Position numbers and translations under genes: made by a program
In this document: piece after piece, positions 50,453-59,103 of the stretch
Position numbering within the stretch: position 1 is the stretch's first letter
How the letters are laid out: each line of letters opens with the position of its first letter
Source of the DNA: an uncultured Actinomycetes bacterium
Lineage (GTDB): Bacteria; Actinomycetota; UBA4738; HRBIN12
Length of the DNA stretch: 64,000 nucleotides
Direction: 5' to 3'
Assembly: GCA_963704725.1 (NCBI GenBank)
Contig: OY969934.1
Span: forward strand, 1,280,001-1,344,000
Notes under the pieces: model-generated
The model's database searches: none
The model's input: the letters and a program-made list of their open reading frames with translations, nothing else
Told to the model about the DNA's origin: nothing

Positions 50453-50730
50453 TGCCGAGGAAGAACCGTCGCGCCGCCGAGGACCCCGCGCCGCAGCCGC
50501 GGATGCCGCAGTCGGCCGCGCCGATGTGGGCGATCGTGCCGGGGTACGACGTGCGCCGCGTCTTCGCGGAGAAGCCGTATCGATGCCCCGGCTGCGACCT
50601 CGAGGTCCGAACGGGCGTCTGGCATCTCGTCGTGGTGCCGCAGGACTCCCCCGACGAGCGCCGCCATTGGCACGAGGGCTGCTGGCGCATCGAGCTGAAC
50701 CGGACGCGCGGCCGTCGTCGGGGCCCCTGA
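50452..50730 (+). CDS. Small actinobacterial Cys/His protein (Rv1322-like)
   Basis: KPYRCPGCD...H.V...ERRHWH..CW; TGATG coupling to the hydrolase gene. Confidence 0.8.
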   Translation: MPRKNRRAAEDPAPQPRMPQSAAPMWAIVPGYDVRRVFAEKPYRCPGCDLEVRTGVWHLVVVPQDSPDERRHWHEGCWRIELNRTRGRRRGP

Positions 50731-50834
50731 CGGCACGCGCTTGCTAGGCTCCCACGGCCGCGCATGCGCTCCTCCTGCCGGTCGGTGGTGAGCGCGGCGA
50801 GTCCGAGCGCATCCGGTCGAAGGAGGGACTCACG

Positions 50835-51113
50835 GTGGGCGAGACGACGCTCGGCGTCCTGGCGGCTTCCTGGGGCGTGGTCATGGCGCTCTCGCCGGTC
50901 CTGCAGATCCGCAGGATCGTGCGGCGCCGCTCCTCCGAGGACGTCTCGCTCGGCTATCTCCTGGTGGTGACCGTCGGCTTCACCGTCTGGATCGCGTACG
51001 GCGCGGCCCTCGGGAACGCGGCGCTCATCGTCCCCAACTCGGTCGCGCTGGTCGTCGGGATGACGACGATCCTCGTCGTGCTCCGCTATCGATCGCTCGA
51101 CCGCAGGGGTTGA
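50835..51113 (+). CDS. SemiSWEET/PQ-loop family transporter
   Basis: SPVLQ...SSEDVS, WIAYG, PNSV; three TM helices. Confidence 0.82.
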   Translation: MGETTLGVLAASWGVVMALSPVLQIRRIVRRRSSEDVSLGYLLVVTVGFTVWIAYGAALGNAALIVPNSVALVVGMTTILVVLRYRSLDRRG

Positions 51114-51123
51114 GGGCCGTGCG

Positions 51124-51768
51124 ATGACCGAGCGCGTGGTGTACCTCGTCCGGCACGGCGAGTCGGATTTCGACTCGCGCGAGTTCGCGGTCACCCCTCG
51201 GGGGCGACAGTGGGATCCGCCGCTCGGCGAGCGCGGCCGGGAGCAGGCGGAGCTGCTCTCGCGGCGGCTCCTGGCGATGGATCCGCCCGCCGCGGTCTAC
51301 GCCTCGCCGCTGCGCCGCACGAGGGAGACCGTCGCGCCGTACGCGAGGGCGGCGGGGATCGAGGTCCGGTACGAGGATGGGCTGGCCGAGGCCCACATCG
51401 GCCAGTGGGAGGGCAGGCCGTTCGAGGAGATCCTCTCCGGCGACGAGCGGCTCCTGCGCCGCGTGCGGAACCAACAGCCGATCTGGCGCCAGGCCCCCGG
51501 AGCCGAGCAGCTGGAACCGTTCCGGGCGCGCGTGCGCGACGCGATCGAGGGCATCCTGTCCCGGCATGCCGACGGCAACGTCGTGGTGATCTGCCACGGC
51601 GGGGTGATCAACGCCTACCTGGCACCGATCCTCGGCGTCGACCACGAGATGTTCTTCCTCCCCGAGAACACGTCGATCAACTCGGTCGTCGCCGACGGCG
51701 AGGTCCGGCGCATCCGGTTCCTCAACGACACGTTGCACCTCACGGACCCGCACTACTTCGAGATCTGA
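51124..51768 (+). CDS. Histidine phosphatase family protein
   Basis: LVRHGE, SPLRRT, CHGGVI, NTS, NDT.HL. Confidence 0.92.
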   Translation: MTERVVYLVRHGESDFDSREFAVTPRGRQWDPPLGERGREQAELLSRRLLAMDPPAAVYASPLRRTRETVAPYARAAGIEVRYEDGLAEAHIGQWEGRPFEEILSGDERLLRRVRNQQPIWRQAPGAEQLEPFRARVRDAIEGILSRHADGNVVVICHGGVINAYLAPILGVDHEMFFLPENTSINSVVADGEVRRIRFLNDTLHLTDPHYFEI

Positions 51769-51844
51769 CACCACCGCGCCTGAGCCCAGCGGCGGCCCCC
51801 GCCTATACTCGCGGGACGCCCGAACCCGACCTATGGAGGCTCAG

Positions 51845-52228
51845 ATGCCCGTCCCGTTCCTGTCCGACGAATGGACCGTGGAGCTGCGTGAACGGCTGAA
51901 CCGGAGCGACTCGTTCAAGAAGGCGGCGGGAGGAGCCACCGCGACGATCCAGAACGTCATCGCGACGCCGGACGGACCGAAGCGGTACTGGGTCAAGTTC
52001 GACGCCGGCGCCGTCGACATGGGCGCGGGCGAGGCCGACCAGCCCGACGCGACGATCGAGCAGGACTACGAGACCGCGGCGGCGCTCGCTCGCAGCGAGC
52101 TCAATCCCGTCAGCGCGTTCATGACGGGCAAGATCCGCATCAACGGGTCGATGATGCTGCTCATGCAGCTCCAGGGCGCGCTCACCGAGCTCGCCAAGGA
52201 GATGCAGGAGATGGACGTCGACTACTAG
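51845..52228 (+). CDS. SCP2 sterol/lipid-binding domain protein
   Basis: FLSDEW, LNPVSAFMTGKIRINGSM; TATACT -10 element upstream. Confidence 0.85.
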   Translation: MPVPFLSDEWTVELRERLNRSDSFKKAAGGATATIQNVIATPDGPKRYWVKFDAGAVDMGAGEADQPDATIEQDYETAAALARSELNPVSAFMTGKIRINGSMMLLMQLQGALTELAKEMQEMDVDY

Positions 52229-52695
52229 GCTCGCCCGGCCGGGTCGTCCACGGGCCGGATCAGGAACGACGCAGTCGCTCGAGCGATGAGCGTTCCGTCC
52301 GAGCGGACGACGTCGGCCTCCGCGTAGCCGAACCTGCGCCCCCGCTTGACCACCCGTCCCCGCGCGACCACCCGGTCGCCGAGCCCGCCCGGCGCGAGAA
52401 ACGTGAGCTGCAGCGACGTCGTCGCGTGCGTCCACCCCTCGTCGAGGGCCGCATGCATCGCGACGCCGGTCGCCATATCGGCGAGGCTCGAGATCACGCC
52501 GCCGTGCAGCGCGCCCATGAGGTTCAGGTGGTCGTCGCGGACCTCGATCGCGAGGTCGGCCTCGCCCGCCTCGAGCCGTTCGAGCCGCATCCCCATCCAC
52601 GCCGGGAAGCGACCGTGCTCGACGCGCTCGCGGATCGCGGCGATCCGCTCCGGGCTCGTCCCCCCGGCCGCCCGGTCCTTCGCCGCGCCGCTCAC
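52225..52695 (-). CDS. PaaI-family (hotdog) thioesterase
   Basis: HLNLMGALHGGVISSLAD, VKRGRR; GTGA overlap with the larE stop. Confidence 0.88.
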   Translation of the reverse strand: MSGAAKDRAAGGTSPERIAAIRERVEHGRFPAWMGMRLERLEAGEADLAIEVRDDHLNLMGALHGGVISSLADMATGVAMHAALDEGWTHATTSLQLTFLAPGGLGDRVVARGRVVKRGRRFGYAEADVVRSDGTLIARATASFLIRPVDDPAGRA

Positions 52696-53552
52696 CGCCG
52701 CGTGGGGGGCGCGATCGGCAGCTCGAGCCGGTCGACGCGCCAGTCCGCTCCGCCCTGGCGGTATCCGGTGGGGTCGATCTCGACGCTCCGCCAGCCGAGC
52801 CCGCGGATCTCCGCCATCGCCGACGTGAGCCGGGGATGGTCGCGGAGGCGCCGCACCTCCTCGGCTTCGACCTCGATCGTCGCCGCCTGCCCCCGGTGGC
52901 GGACCCTGACGATCTCGAACCCCAACGCCCGCACGATGCGTTCGGCGCGGTCGATCCGTCGCAGGAGCTCCGGCGTGACGCGGATGCCCTGCTGGATCCG
53001 CGACGACAGGCAGGCCAGAGCCGGCTTGTCCGCCGTCGGCAGGCCGAGCGCACCCGCGATCGCCCGGACGTCGGCCTTGCCGACCCCTTCCTCGAGGAGC
53101 GGGTTGCGGACGCCGGCCCGCTCTCCCGCCCACAGCCCCGGCCGGAAGTCCTCGAGGTCGTCGGCGTTCGCTCCCGCCAGGACCGTCGAGCCGGGCGACG
53201 CGATCGAAACGACGCGTGAGAGCGTCGCGTACAGCTCGGCCTTGCAGTGATAGCACCGCATCGCGTCGTTCCGCGCGTACGCCTCTCGCTCGACCTCGTG
53301 CGTCCGGACGACGCGGTGGACGACGCCGAGGCCGTCGGCGACGCGCGACGCGCTCGCGAGCTCGCCGCCAGCGAAGCTCGGCGACACGGCCGTGACCGCG
53401 ATCACCGAGGCGGGCTCGAGCGCCCGGGCCGCGAGCGCGACGACGACGGACGAGTCCACGCCGCCGGAGAGCGCCACGACGGCGCGGCCACCGTATCCGT
53501 GGATGCGCGCCTCGAGCGCGGCCATCAGGGCGGTGAGCTCTCCGGCGCTCAC
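52692..53552 (-). CDS. larE: NPN cofactor sulfur transferase
   Basis: PP-loop SGGVDS, RCYHCK, NADD..DFRPG, DKPALACLSSRI, VRVRH. Confidence 0.93.
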   Translation of the reverse strand: MSAGELTALMAALEARIHGYGGRAVVALSGGVDSSVVVALAARALEPASVIAVTAVSPSFAGGELASASRVADGLGVVHRVVRTHEVEREAYARNDAMRCYHCKAELYATLSRVVSIASPGSTVLAGANADDLEDFRPGLWAGERAGVRNPLLEEGVGKADVRAIAGALGLPTADKPALACLSSRIQQGIRVTPELLRRIDRAERIVRALGFEIVRVRHRGQAATIEVEAEEVRRLRDHPRLTSAMAEIRGLGWRSVEIDPTGYRQGGADWRVDRLELPIAPPTRR

Positions 53553-54745
53553 GCGTCCCCCTCCATCAGACGCCGGGCGAGCGCGGAGGCCTCGGCGTGG
53601 ACCGAGCGCACGGGTCGGCCCAGCTTGCGCGCCGCCTCCACCACGTCCTCGTGCTCCGGCTTGGCCGAGACCGGCCGCCCGTCGAGCAACCCGACCTTCA
53701 CCCGGATCCGGGGCCCCCCGTCGGGCATGCCGATCTCGACGACGTGTCGATCGAGCTCCGGCCGGACCACCGAGTGCATGCGAACGCCGAGCGTGGTCGT
53801 GTTCTCGAAGAACGCGCGCCGGACCTCACGCTCCGCCTCCGGCACGCAGAGCGCCGCGGCCACCAGACCCGGCCTGCCCCGCTTCATGATCACCGGCGTG
53901 ACCCAGGCGTCGAGAGCCCCGGCCTCCAGGAGCGCCTCGACGGCGTCCGGGACCAGCTCCGGCGACAGGTCGTCGACGTTCGCCTCGAGGATCAGGAGCT
54001 CACGATCCGGCACACCGTCCGAGGCGTCCGGGGCGCCGATGAGCACCCGGACGACGTTCGCCACGCCGGCCGGGTCCCGGCGCCCTGCGCCCGTCCCCAC
54101 GGCCTCGAGGATGAGGCGAGGGAGCCGCGGCGTGGGTTCGGCGAGGGCCGCGAGCACTGCGGCGCCGGTGGGGGTGACGGTCTCGTGCGAAGCGTCCGCG
54201 TCGGACGGCCGGAGCCGGAAGCCTCGCAGGAGCTCGAGGACGACCGGCGCGGGCACGCCGTGACCGCCCGGCCCCGGGTGCCCCTGCGGCATGGGCAACG
54301 GGATCGACGACACGCCGATCCGGTCCACGCCGAGCGCGTCGAGCGCCGACGCGATCCCCACGACGTCGAAGAGCGTGTCCTCCTCTCCGAGCTCCTCGAG
54401 CTCGAGGTCGTCGACGAGGATCCCGTGGACGCGGGCCTCGGCGGCGAAGAGCCGTTCGAGCACCTCGCGGGCCCGGGTGCGCACGTCCTCGGCGAGCGCG
54501 TCGTTCCCCACGGCCGAGAGCTGCTCCTGCGCGGTGCGGCGCCCGGTCCCGTCGAGCCCGTCGAGCGCCAGCGCGCGCAGCCCGGCCCGGCGGACCTCCC
54601 GGGTGCCGATCGTCACGTCCCGGCCGAGGACCGTCGAGACGGCCGCCTCGATCCGGTCGCGCGGCGCCCCGCCGTCGATGAGCGCCGATAGCAGCATGTC
54701 GCCGGAGACGCCGCCGACGGCGTCGACGATCAGCGTCCTCAGCAC
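53549..54745 (-). CDS. larC: NPN cofactor nickel insertase
   Basis: GVSGDMLLSAL, AEARVHG, VTPTGAA, LEANVDDLSPE, MKRGRPG, TTTLGVR, KPEHEDV. Confidence 0.9.
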   Translation of the reverse strand: MLRTLIVDAVGGVSGDMLLSALIDGGAPRDRIEAAVSTVLGRDVTIGTREVRRAGLRALALDGLDGTGRRTAQEQLSAVGNDALAEDVRTRAREVLERLFAAEARVHGILVDDLELEELGEEDTLFDVVGIASALDALGVDRIGVSSIPLPMPQGHPGPGGHGVPAPVVLELLRGFRLRPSDADASHETVTPTGAAVLAALAEPTPRLPRLILEAVGTGAGRRDPAGVANVVRVLIGAPDASDGVPDRELLILEANVDDLSPELVPDAVEALLEAGALDAWVTPVIMKRGRPGLVAAALCVPEAEREVRRAFFENTTTLGVRMHSVVRPELDRHVVEIGMPDGGPRIRVKVGLLDGRPVSAKPEHEDVVEAARKLGRPVRSVHAEASALARRLMEGDA

Positions 54746-55527
54746 GGCGCCGGGCGGGCGGCGCGAGCGATCAGCCCCGCGGTGTAGCCGGCGCCCACGC
54801 CGTCGTCGATGTTCACGCACGCGACGCCCGGGGCGCACGACGAGAGCATGGAGAGCAGCGCGGCGAGCCCGCCGAGCGACGCGCCGTATCCGACGCTCGT
54901 CGGGCACGCGATGACCGGCACCGCGGCGAGGCCGCCGACCACGCTCGCCAGCGCCCCCTCCATCCCGGCGACCACCACGATCGCGTCCGCCTCCGCGAGT
55001 CGGGGGCGGGCCGCGGCGAGCCGGTGCAGCCCGGCGACGCCGACGTCCGCGACGATCGACGCGTCCGCCCCGAGGAGCGAGGCCGCGAGCTGCGCCTCCT
55101 CGGCCACCGGGAGGTCCGCCGTCCCTGCCGTGAGCACCAGGACACGCCCGCCCGAACGCTGCACGTTCCGGAGCAGCGCGACACAGCGGGCCCGAGGGCG
55201 CTCCACGAGGTCCGCGGAGGCGCCGTTCGAGGCCGCGCGGACGGCGGCGACGTGCTCGGCCGACGCCCGAGTGACGAGGATCGGCCCGTCGTTGCCCGAG
55301 ATCAGCCGTCCGACGATCGCGCCGACCTCCTCCGGCTCCTTCCCGTCCGCGAAGACGATCTCGCACACGCCCTGCCGGAGCTCGCGATGGTGATCCACCT
55401 TGGCGAACCCGAGATCGCTGAACGGCAGGTCGCGGAGCCGCTCGACCGCGGTGTCCGGCGAGAGCGCTCCGTCCGCCACCCCTGCCAACAGCTCCTGGAG
55501 GCGAACCTCGAATGCGGAGGTAGCCAT
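54739..55527 (-). CDS. larB: NPN cofactor carboxylase/hydrolase (PurE-like)
   Basis: DLGFAKVDHHR, AGTADLPVAEEA, DVGVAGLHRL, AGMEGAL, PTSVGYG, VNIDDG; TATGGT -10 element 8 nt upstream. Confidence 0.94.
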   Translation of the reverse strand: MATSAFEVRLQELLAGVADGALSPDTAVERLRDLPFSDLGFAKVDHHRELRQGVCEIVFADGKEPEEVGAIVGRLISGNDGPILVTRASAEHVAAVRAASNGASADLVERPRARCVALLRNVQRSGGRVLVLTAGTADLPVAEEAQLAASLLGADASIVADVGVAGLHRLAAARPRLAEADAIVVVAGMEGALASVVGGLAAVPVIACPTSVGYGASLGGLAALLSMLSSCAPGVACVNIDDGVGAGYTAGLIARAARPAPC

Positions 55528-55571
55528 GGAACGGCACCATACCCGGCCCGGCGCGCTCGCGTGCCCGGCGG

Positions 55572-56699
55572 TCAGCGGTAGTCCGCGGGATCCACCGAGA
55601 CCGAGCCGTCGATGATGGCCTGCGTCAGCTGCTCGATCCGGGTCTTCAGCTCCGCCGGTACCTGGTCGTCGTACTCGTGGAAGGGGGCGATGCCCACGCC
55701 GCCGTTGCCCAGCGTCCCCCGATACGGGCCGCCGACGAACCTCCCCTCGACCATCGCCTTCACCTGCTCGAAGACGGCGAGGTCGATGTTCTTCACGACC
55801 GACGTGAGGAACTGCGGGCAGAACTCGGACGCGGACACACATCCGTCGGTGTCGATCCAGATGACCTTGACGTCGCCGGCGTCCTGCGCCACGGCCGCGG
55901 CGCCGATGCCGACCGGACCGGCGACCGGCAGGATGACGTCCGCCCCCTCGCCGATGAGGCGCTCGGCCGCGGTTCGACCGGCGTCCAGGTTCACGAAGTC
56001 GCCGGTGAACAGCCCGGCCGCCGGGTTGCTCGGATCCCAGCCGATGAGGCGGACGTTCCCTCGGCCGTCGAGGACGTACTTCGCGATGCCGGCCCAGAAA
56101 CCGTCCATGAATCGCGTGACGGGAGGGATGTCCTGCCCGCCGAAGGTTCCGATCGTGCCGGTCGCCGACATGCCCGCGGCGAGGTAGCCGGCGAGGAACG
56201 CCGCCTCGTCGGTCGCGAAGCCGAGCTCGCGGACGTTGTCGAGCTCGACCCGCTCCTGCGTCTCCGGGTCGATGGGGCCGACGTCGACGATCGCGAACTT
56301 CTGGTCGGGGTGCTCCCGCGCCGCCTGGAAGGTGGCGCCGGCGATGGGGAACCCGATCGTCACGATCAGGTCGCACCCCTTGTCGATCAGCATGTCGATG
56401 TTGGGCGCGTAGTCGCTCTCGGACTGTGACTCGATGACCGAGGGTTCCACCCCCAGCTCGGTCTGGGCCCGGGTCAGGCCGGCATAGGCACTCGCGTTGA
56501 AGCTCTTGTCGTCGATGCCGCCCGCGCTCGTCAGCTCGCAGGCCGTGAATCCGGCGCCGGGCAGCTCGGTGGCGCTCGGGGTGGCGCCCCGGTCGCCGGG
56601 GGGCTCCTCCTGACAGGCCACCACGAGCAGTGCGACGACGGAGGCGATGAGCGACAGCCGGACCCTCAGGTGGTCTTCACGGGACGGGAACGGATGCAC
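55572..56699 (-). CDS. BMP-family ABC substrate-binding lipoprotein (second copy)
   Basis: Lipobox LVVAC, DKSFN, FLAGYLAA, VAGPVG, TSVVKN; start codon uncertain. Confidence 0.88.
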   Translation of the reverse strand: MHPFPSREDHLRVRLSLIASVVALLVVACQEEPPGDRGATPSATELPGAGFTACELTSAGGIDDKSFNASAYAGLTRAQTELGVEPSVIESQSESDYAPNIDMLIDKGCDLIVTIGFPIAGATFQAAREHPDQKFAIVDVGPIDPETQERVELDNVRELGFATDEAAFLAGYLAAGMSATGTIGTFGGQDIPPVTRFMDGFWAGIAKYVLDGRGNVRLIGWDPSNPAAGLFTGDFVNLDAGRTAAERLIGEGADVILPVAGPVGIGAAAVAQDAGDVKVIWIDTDGCVSASEFCPQFLTSVVKNIDLAVFEQVKAMVEGRFVGGPYRGTLGNGGVGIAPFHEYDDQVPAELKTRIEQLTQAIIDGSVSVDPADYR

Positions 56700-56716
56700 G
56701 CGCGGCCTCGGGCCGG

Positions 56717-58003
56717 TCAGCCCGTCTCCTCGCCTCGGCGGTACGTGATGCCGTCCGCCGCCGGCGGTCGCAACCGCTGCGAGGCGACGGCGAGCACGAG
56801 CAGCGTCGAGACGTAGGGCGTGATGTAGATGAACTCGCGGGCGACCGTGTCCGTGACGCCGTACCACACGAGCACGGCGGCGCCGATCGCCAGGACGGCC
56901 GCGCCGACGGTGGCGTGCCGCCGCCACAGATACCACATGCCAAGCCCGACCAGGGCGATCCCGATGAAGAGCAGGAGCGCGTGCACGGCGTCGTCCGACC
57001 GCAGGTTCAGCGCGTCCGTGTAGCCGAACAGCCCGGCGGCCGCGGCCGTGCCCGAGGGACGCCAGTTGCCAAAGATCATCGCGGCCAGGCCGATGAACCC
57101 GCGTCCGCCGGTCTGGCCCTCCCGGTAGATCCCCGCCGCCTCGAGCACGAGGAACGCTCCGCCCAGACCGGCGAGCGCGCCGGAGATCAGCACGCCGAGG
57201 TACTTCATCGTGTAGACGCGGACGCCGAGCGACTCGGCGGCGACGGGGTTCTCGCCCGCGGAGCGCATCCGCAGGCCGAGGCGGGTCCGCCACAGGAAGA
57301 AGAAGGTGAACGGCACCAGCAGCATGGTGATGACGGTCAGGACCGAGAGGTTGACCGTCAGCCCGTGCGCGAACGCTCCGAGGTCGCTCACGAGGAACCA
57401 CCGCTGCCGCTCCAGCCAGCCTGTCAGGTCCGGCGTCCTCCAGCCCATCAGGTCTCCACCCGAGACGAAGGGGAGGGTGAAGCTCGGCAGGCTCACGGTC
57501 ACCTGGGGAGACTGCGTCGCCCCGCCGCCCATGTCCGTGAAGATGATGACGGACAGGAAGCGCGCGACGCCGGCCGCGATGATGTTGATCGCGACGCCGG
57601 AGACGATCTGGTTCACGCCGAACGTCACGCTGGCGATGGCATGGACGAGCGCGCCGAGCATCCCGCCCGTGATCCCCAGGACCACGCCCCACCACGGACC
57701 GAACTCGACGCCGCCCCACGCCCCGAACCAGGTCCCGAGGATCATCATGCCCTCGAGGCCGATGTTCACCACGCCGGTTCGCTCCGCGTACAGGCCACCC
57801 AAGGCGGCGAGCAGGATGGGCACGGCCAGCCGAAGGGCGGCCCCGAACGTCCCGCTCGAGGTAAGGTCGTCGGCGCCGGTGAAGACCCGAACGCCGGAGA
57901 CGAGCAGCATCACTCCCCCCGCGAGGATGAGGATGCGCCGTGTGTCGATGCGGCGGGTCGCGGTCGCCTCGGCGAGGGCCCCCTCCGGTCCGACCCAGCT
58001 CAT
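56717..58003 (-). CDS. Nucleoside-type ABC transporter permease
   Basis: ERTGVVNIGLEG, RSAGENP, GRGFIGLAAMIFGNW. Confidence 0.92.
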   Translation of the reverse strand: MSWVGPEGALAEATATRRIDTRRILILAGGVMLLVSGVRVFTGADDLTSSGTFGAALRLAVPILLAALGGLYAERTGVVNIGLEGMMILGTWFGAWGGVEFGPWWGVVLGITGGMLGALVHAIASVTFGVNQIVSGVAINIIAAGVARFLSVIIFTDMGGGATQSPQVTVSLPSFTLPFVSGGDLMGWRTPDLTGWLERQRWFLVSDLGAFAHGLTVNLSVLTVITMLLVPFTFFFLWRTRLGLRMRSAGENPVAAESLGVRVYTMKYLGVLISGALAGLGGAFLVLEAAGIYREGQTGGRGFIGLAAMIFGNWRPSGTAAAAGLFGYTDALNLRSDDAVHALLLFIGIALVGLGMWYLWRRHATVGAAVLAIGAAVLVWYGVTDTVAREFIYITPYVSTLLVLAVASQRLRPPAADGITYRRGEETG

Positions 58004-59103
58004 GCCGGCACCCGCTCCTTCTCGGCCTCCAGCCGGCGGGTCTCCTCGGCCGCCACCTTGACCTCCTGCGCCAGCACGATCCGGCGGACCACCGCGTAGG
58101 CGATGACGACCGACAGGATGATCGCGCCCTTCGTGATGACGATGACCTCCTTGGGGATCCCCTGCAGGTCGAGGATCTGCGCCGCGCGATCGACCCACCC
58201 GAAGAGCAGGGCGCCGACGGCGATGCCGACCGGGTGGTTGAGTCCGACCAGCGCCACGGCGATGCCGTCGAACCCCAGCCCGGCGGGGAAGTCGAGCGTG
58301 TACGCGTGGAAGAACCCGAACAGGTCGCTCATCCCGATCAGCCCGGCGACGCCGCCGGAGATGAGCATGGTCGTGATGATCATCCGCCCCGGGCCGACCC
58401 CGGAGGCCTGGGCGGCGCCGGGGTTGATGCCGGTGGCCCGGAGGTCGAACCCGAAGCGGGTCCGCCAGATCAGCACGTAGACCAGGATGCCGAGGATCAC
58501 CGCGAAGATCACGAACGAGCGGAGGTCCTCGCCGCCGATCGTCGTGATGGGGGGAAGCTGGCCCGACGGCGCGATCTGTCGCGTGGCGATGATGAGCTCG
58601 GATCCGGAGTGGGGCTTGCGCAGGTAGTTGGCGAGCAGGTACGCGCTGATGCCCGTCGCGATGAAGTTCAGCATGATCGTCGACACGACCTCGTGGACGC
58701 CGCGCTTGACCCGCAGCACGCCGGCCACGCCGGCCCAGCCGGCCCCCACCACCATGGCGACGATCATGATCAGCGCGATGTGGAGCGGCGCCGGCAGGGT
58801 CAGCGCCGCGCCGACCGTCGCGGCCATGAGCGCGGCCAGCCGGTACTGGCCCTCCACGCCGATGTTGAACAGGTTCATCTTGAACCCGATGGCCACGGCG
58901 AGGCCGGCGACGTACAGCGGGACGGCCCGGTTCACCATCGACGCGAGCGAGTTCCCCTGGCTCCCGTAGTCGAACATCGAGCGGAACGCATCGAGCGGGT
59001 TCTCCCCGATCGCGATGAGGGCGATCGAGGACACCACGAAGGCGAGCACGATCGTCGAGATCGGGACCAGCAGCCACAGCAGACGGATGCGGAGGCGACT
59101 CAC
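58000..59103 (-). CDS. Nucleoside-type ABC transporter permease
   Basis: FNIGVEGQ, EVVSTIMLN, GFDGIAVAL. Confidence 0.92.
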   Translation of the reverse strand: MSRLRIRLLWLLVPISTIVLAFVVSSIALIAIGENPLDAFRSMFDYGSQGNSLASMVNRAVPLYVAGLAVAIGFKMNLFNIGVEGQYRLAALMAATVGAALTLPAPLHIALIMIVAMVVGAGWAGVAGVLRVKRGVHEVVSTIMLNFIATGISAYLLANYLRKPHSGSELIIATRQIAPSGQLPPITTIGGEDLRSFVIFAVILGILVYVLIWRTRFGFDLRATGINPGAAQASGVGPGRMIITTMLISGGVAGLIGMSDLFGFFHAYTLDFPAGLGFDGIAVALVGLNHPVGIAVGALLFGWVDRAAQILDLQGIPKEVIVITKGAIILSVVIAYAVVRRIVLAQEVKVAAEETRRLEAEKERVPA

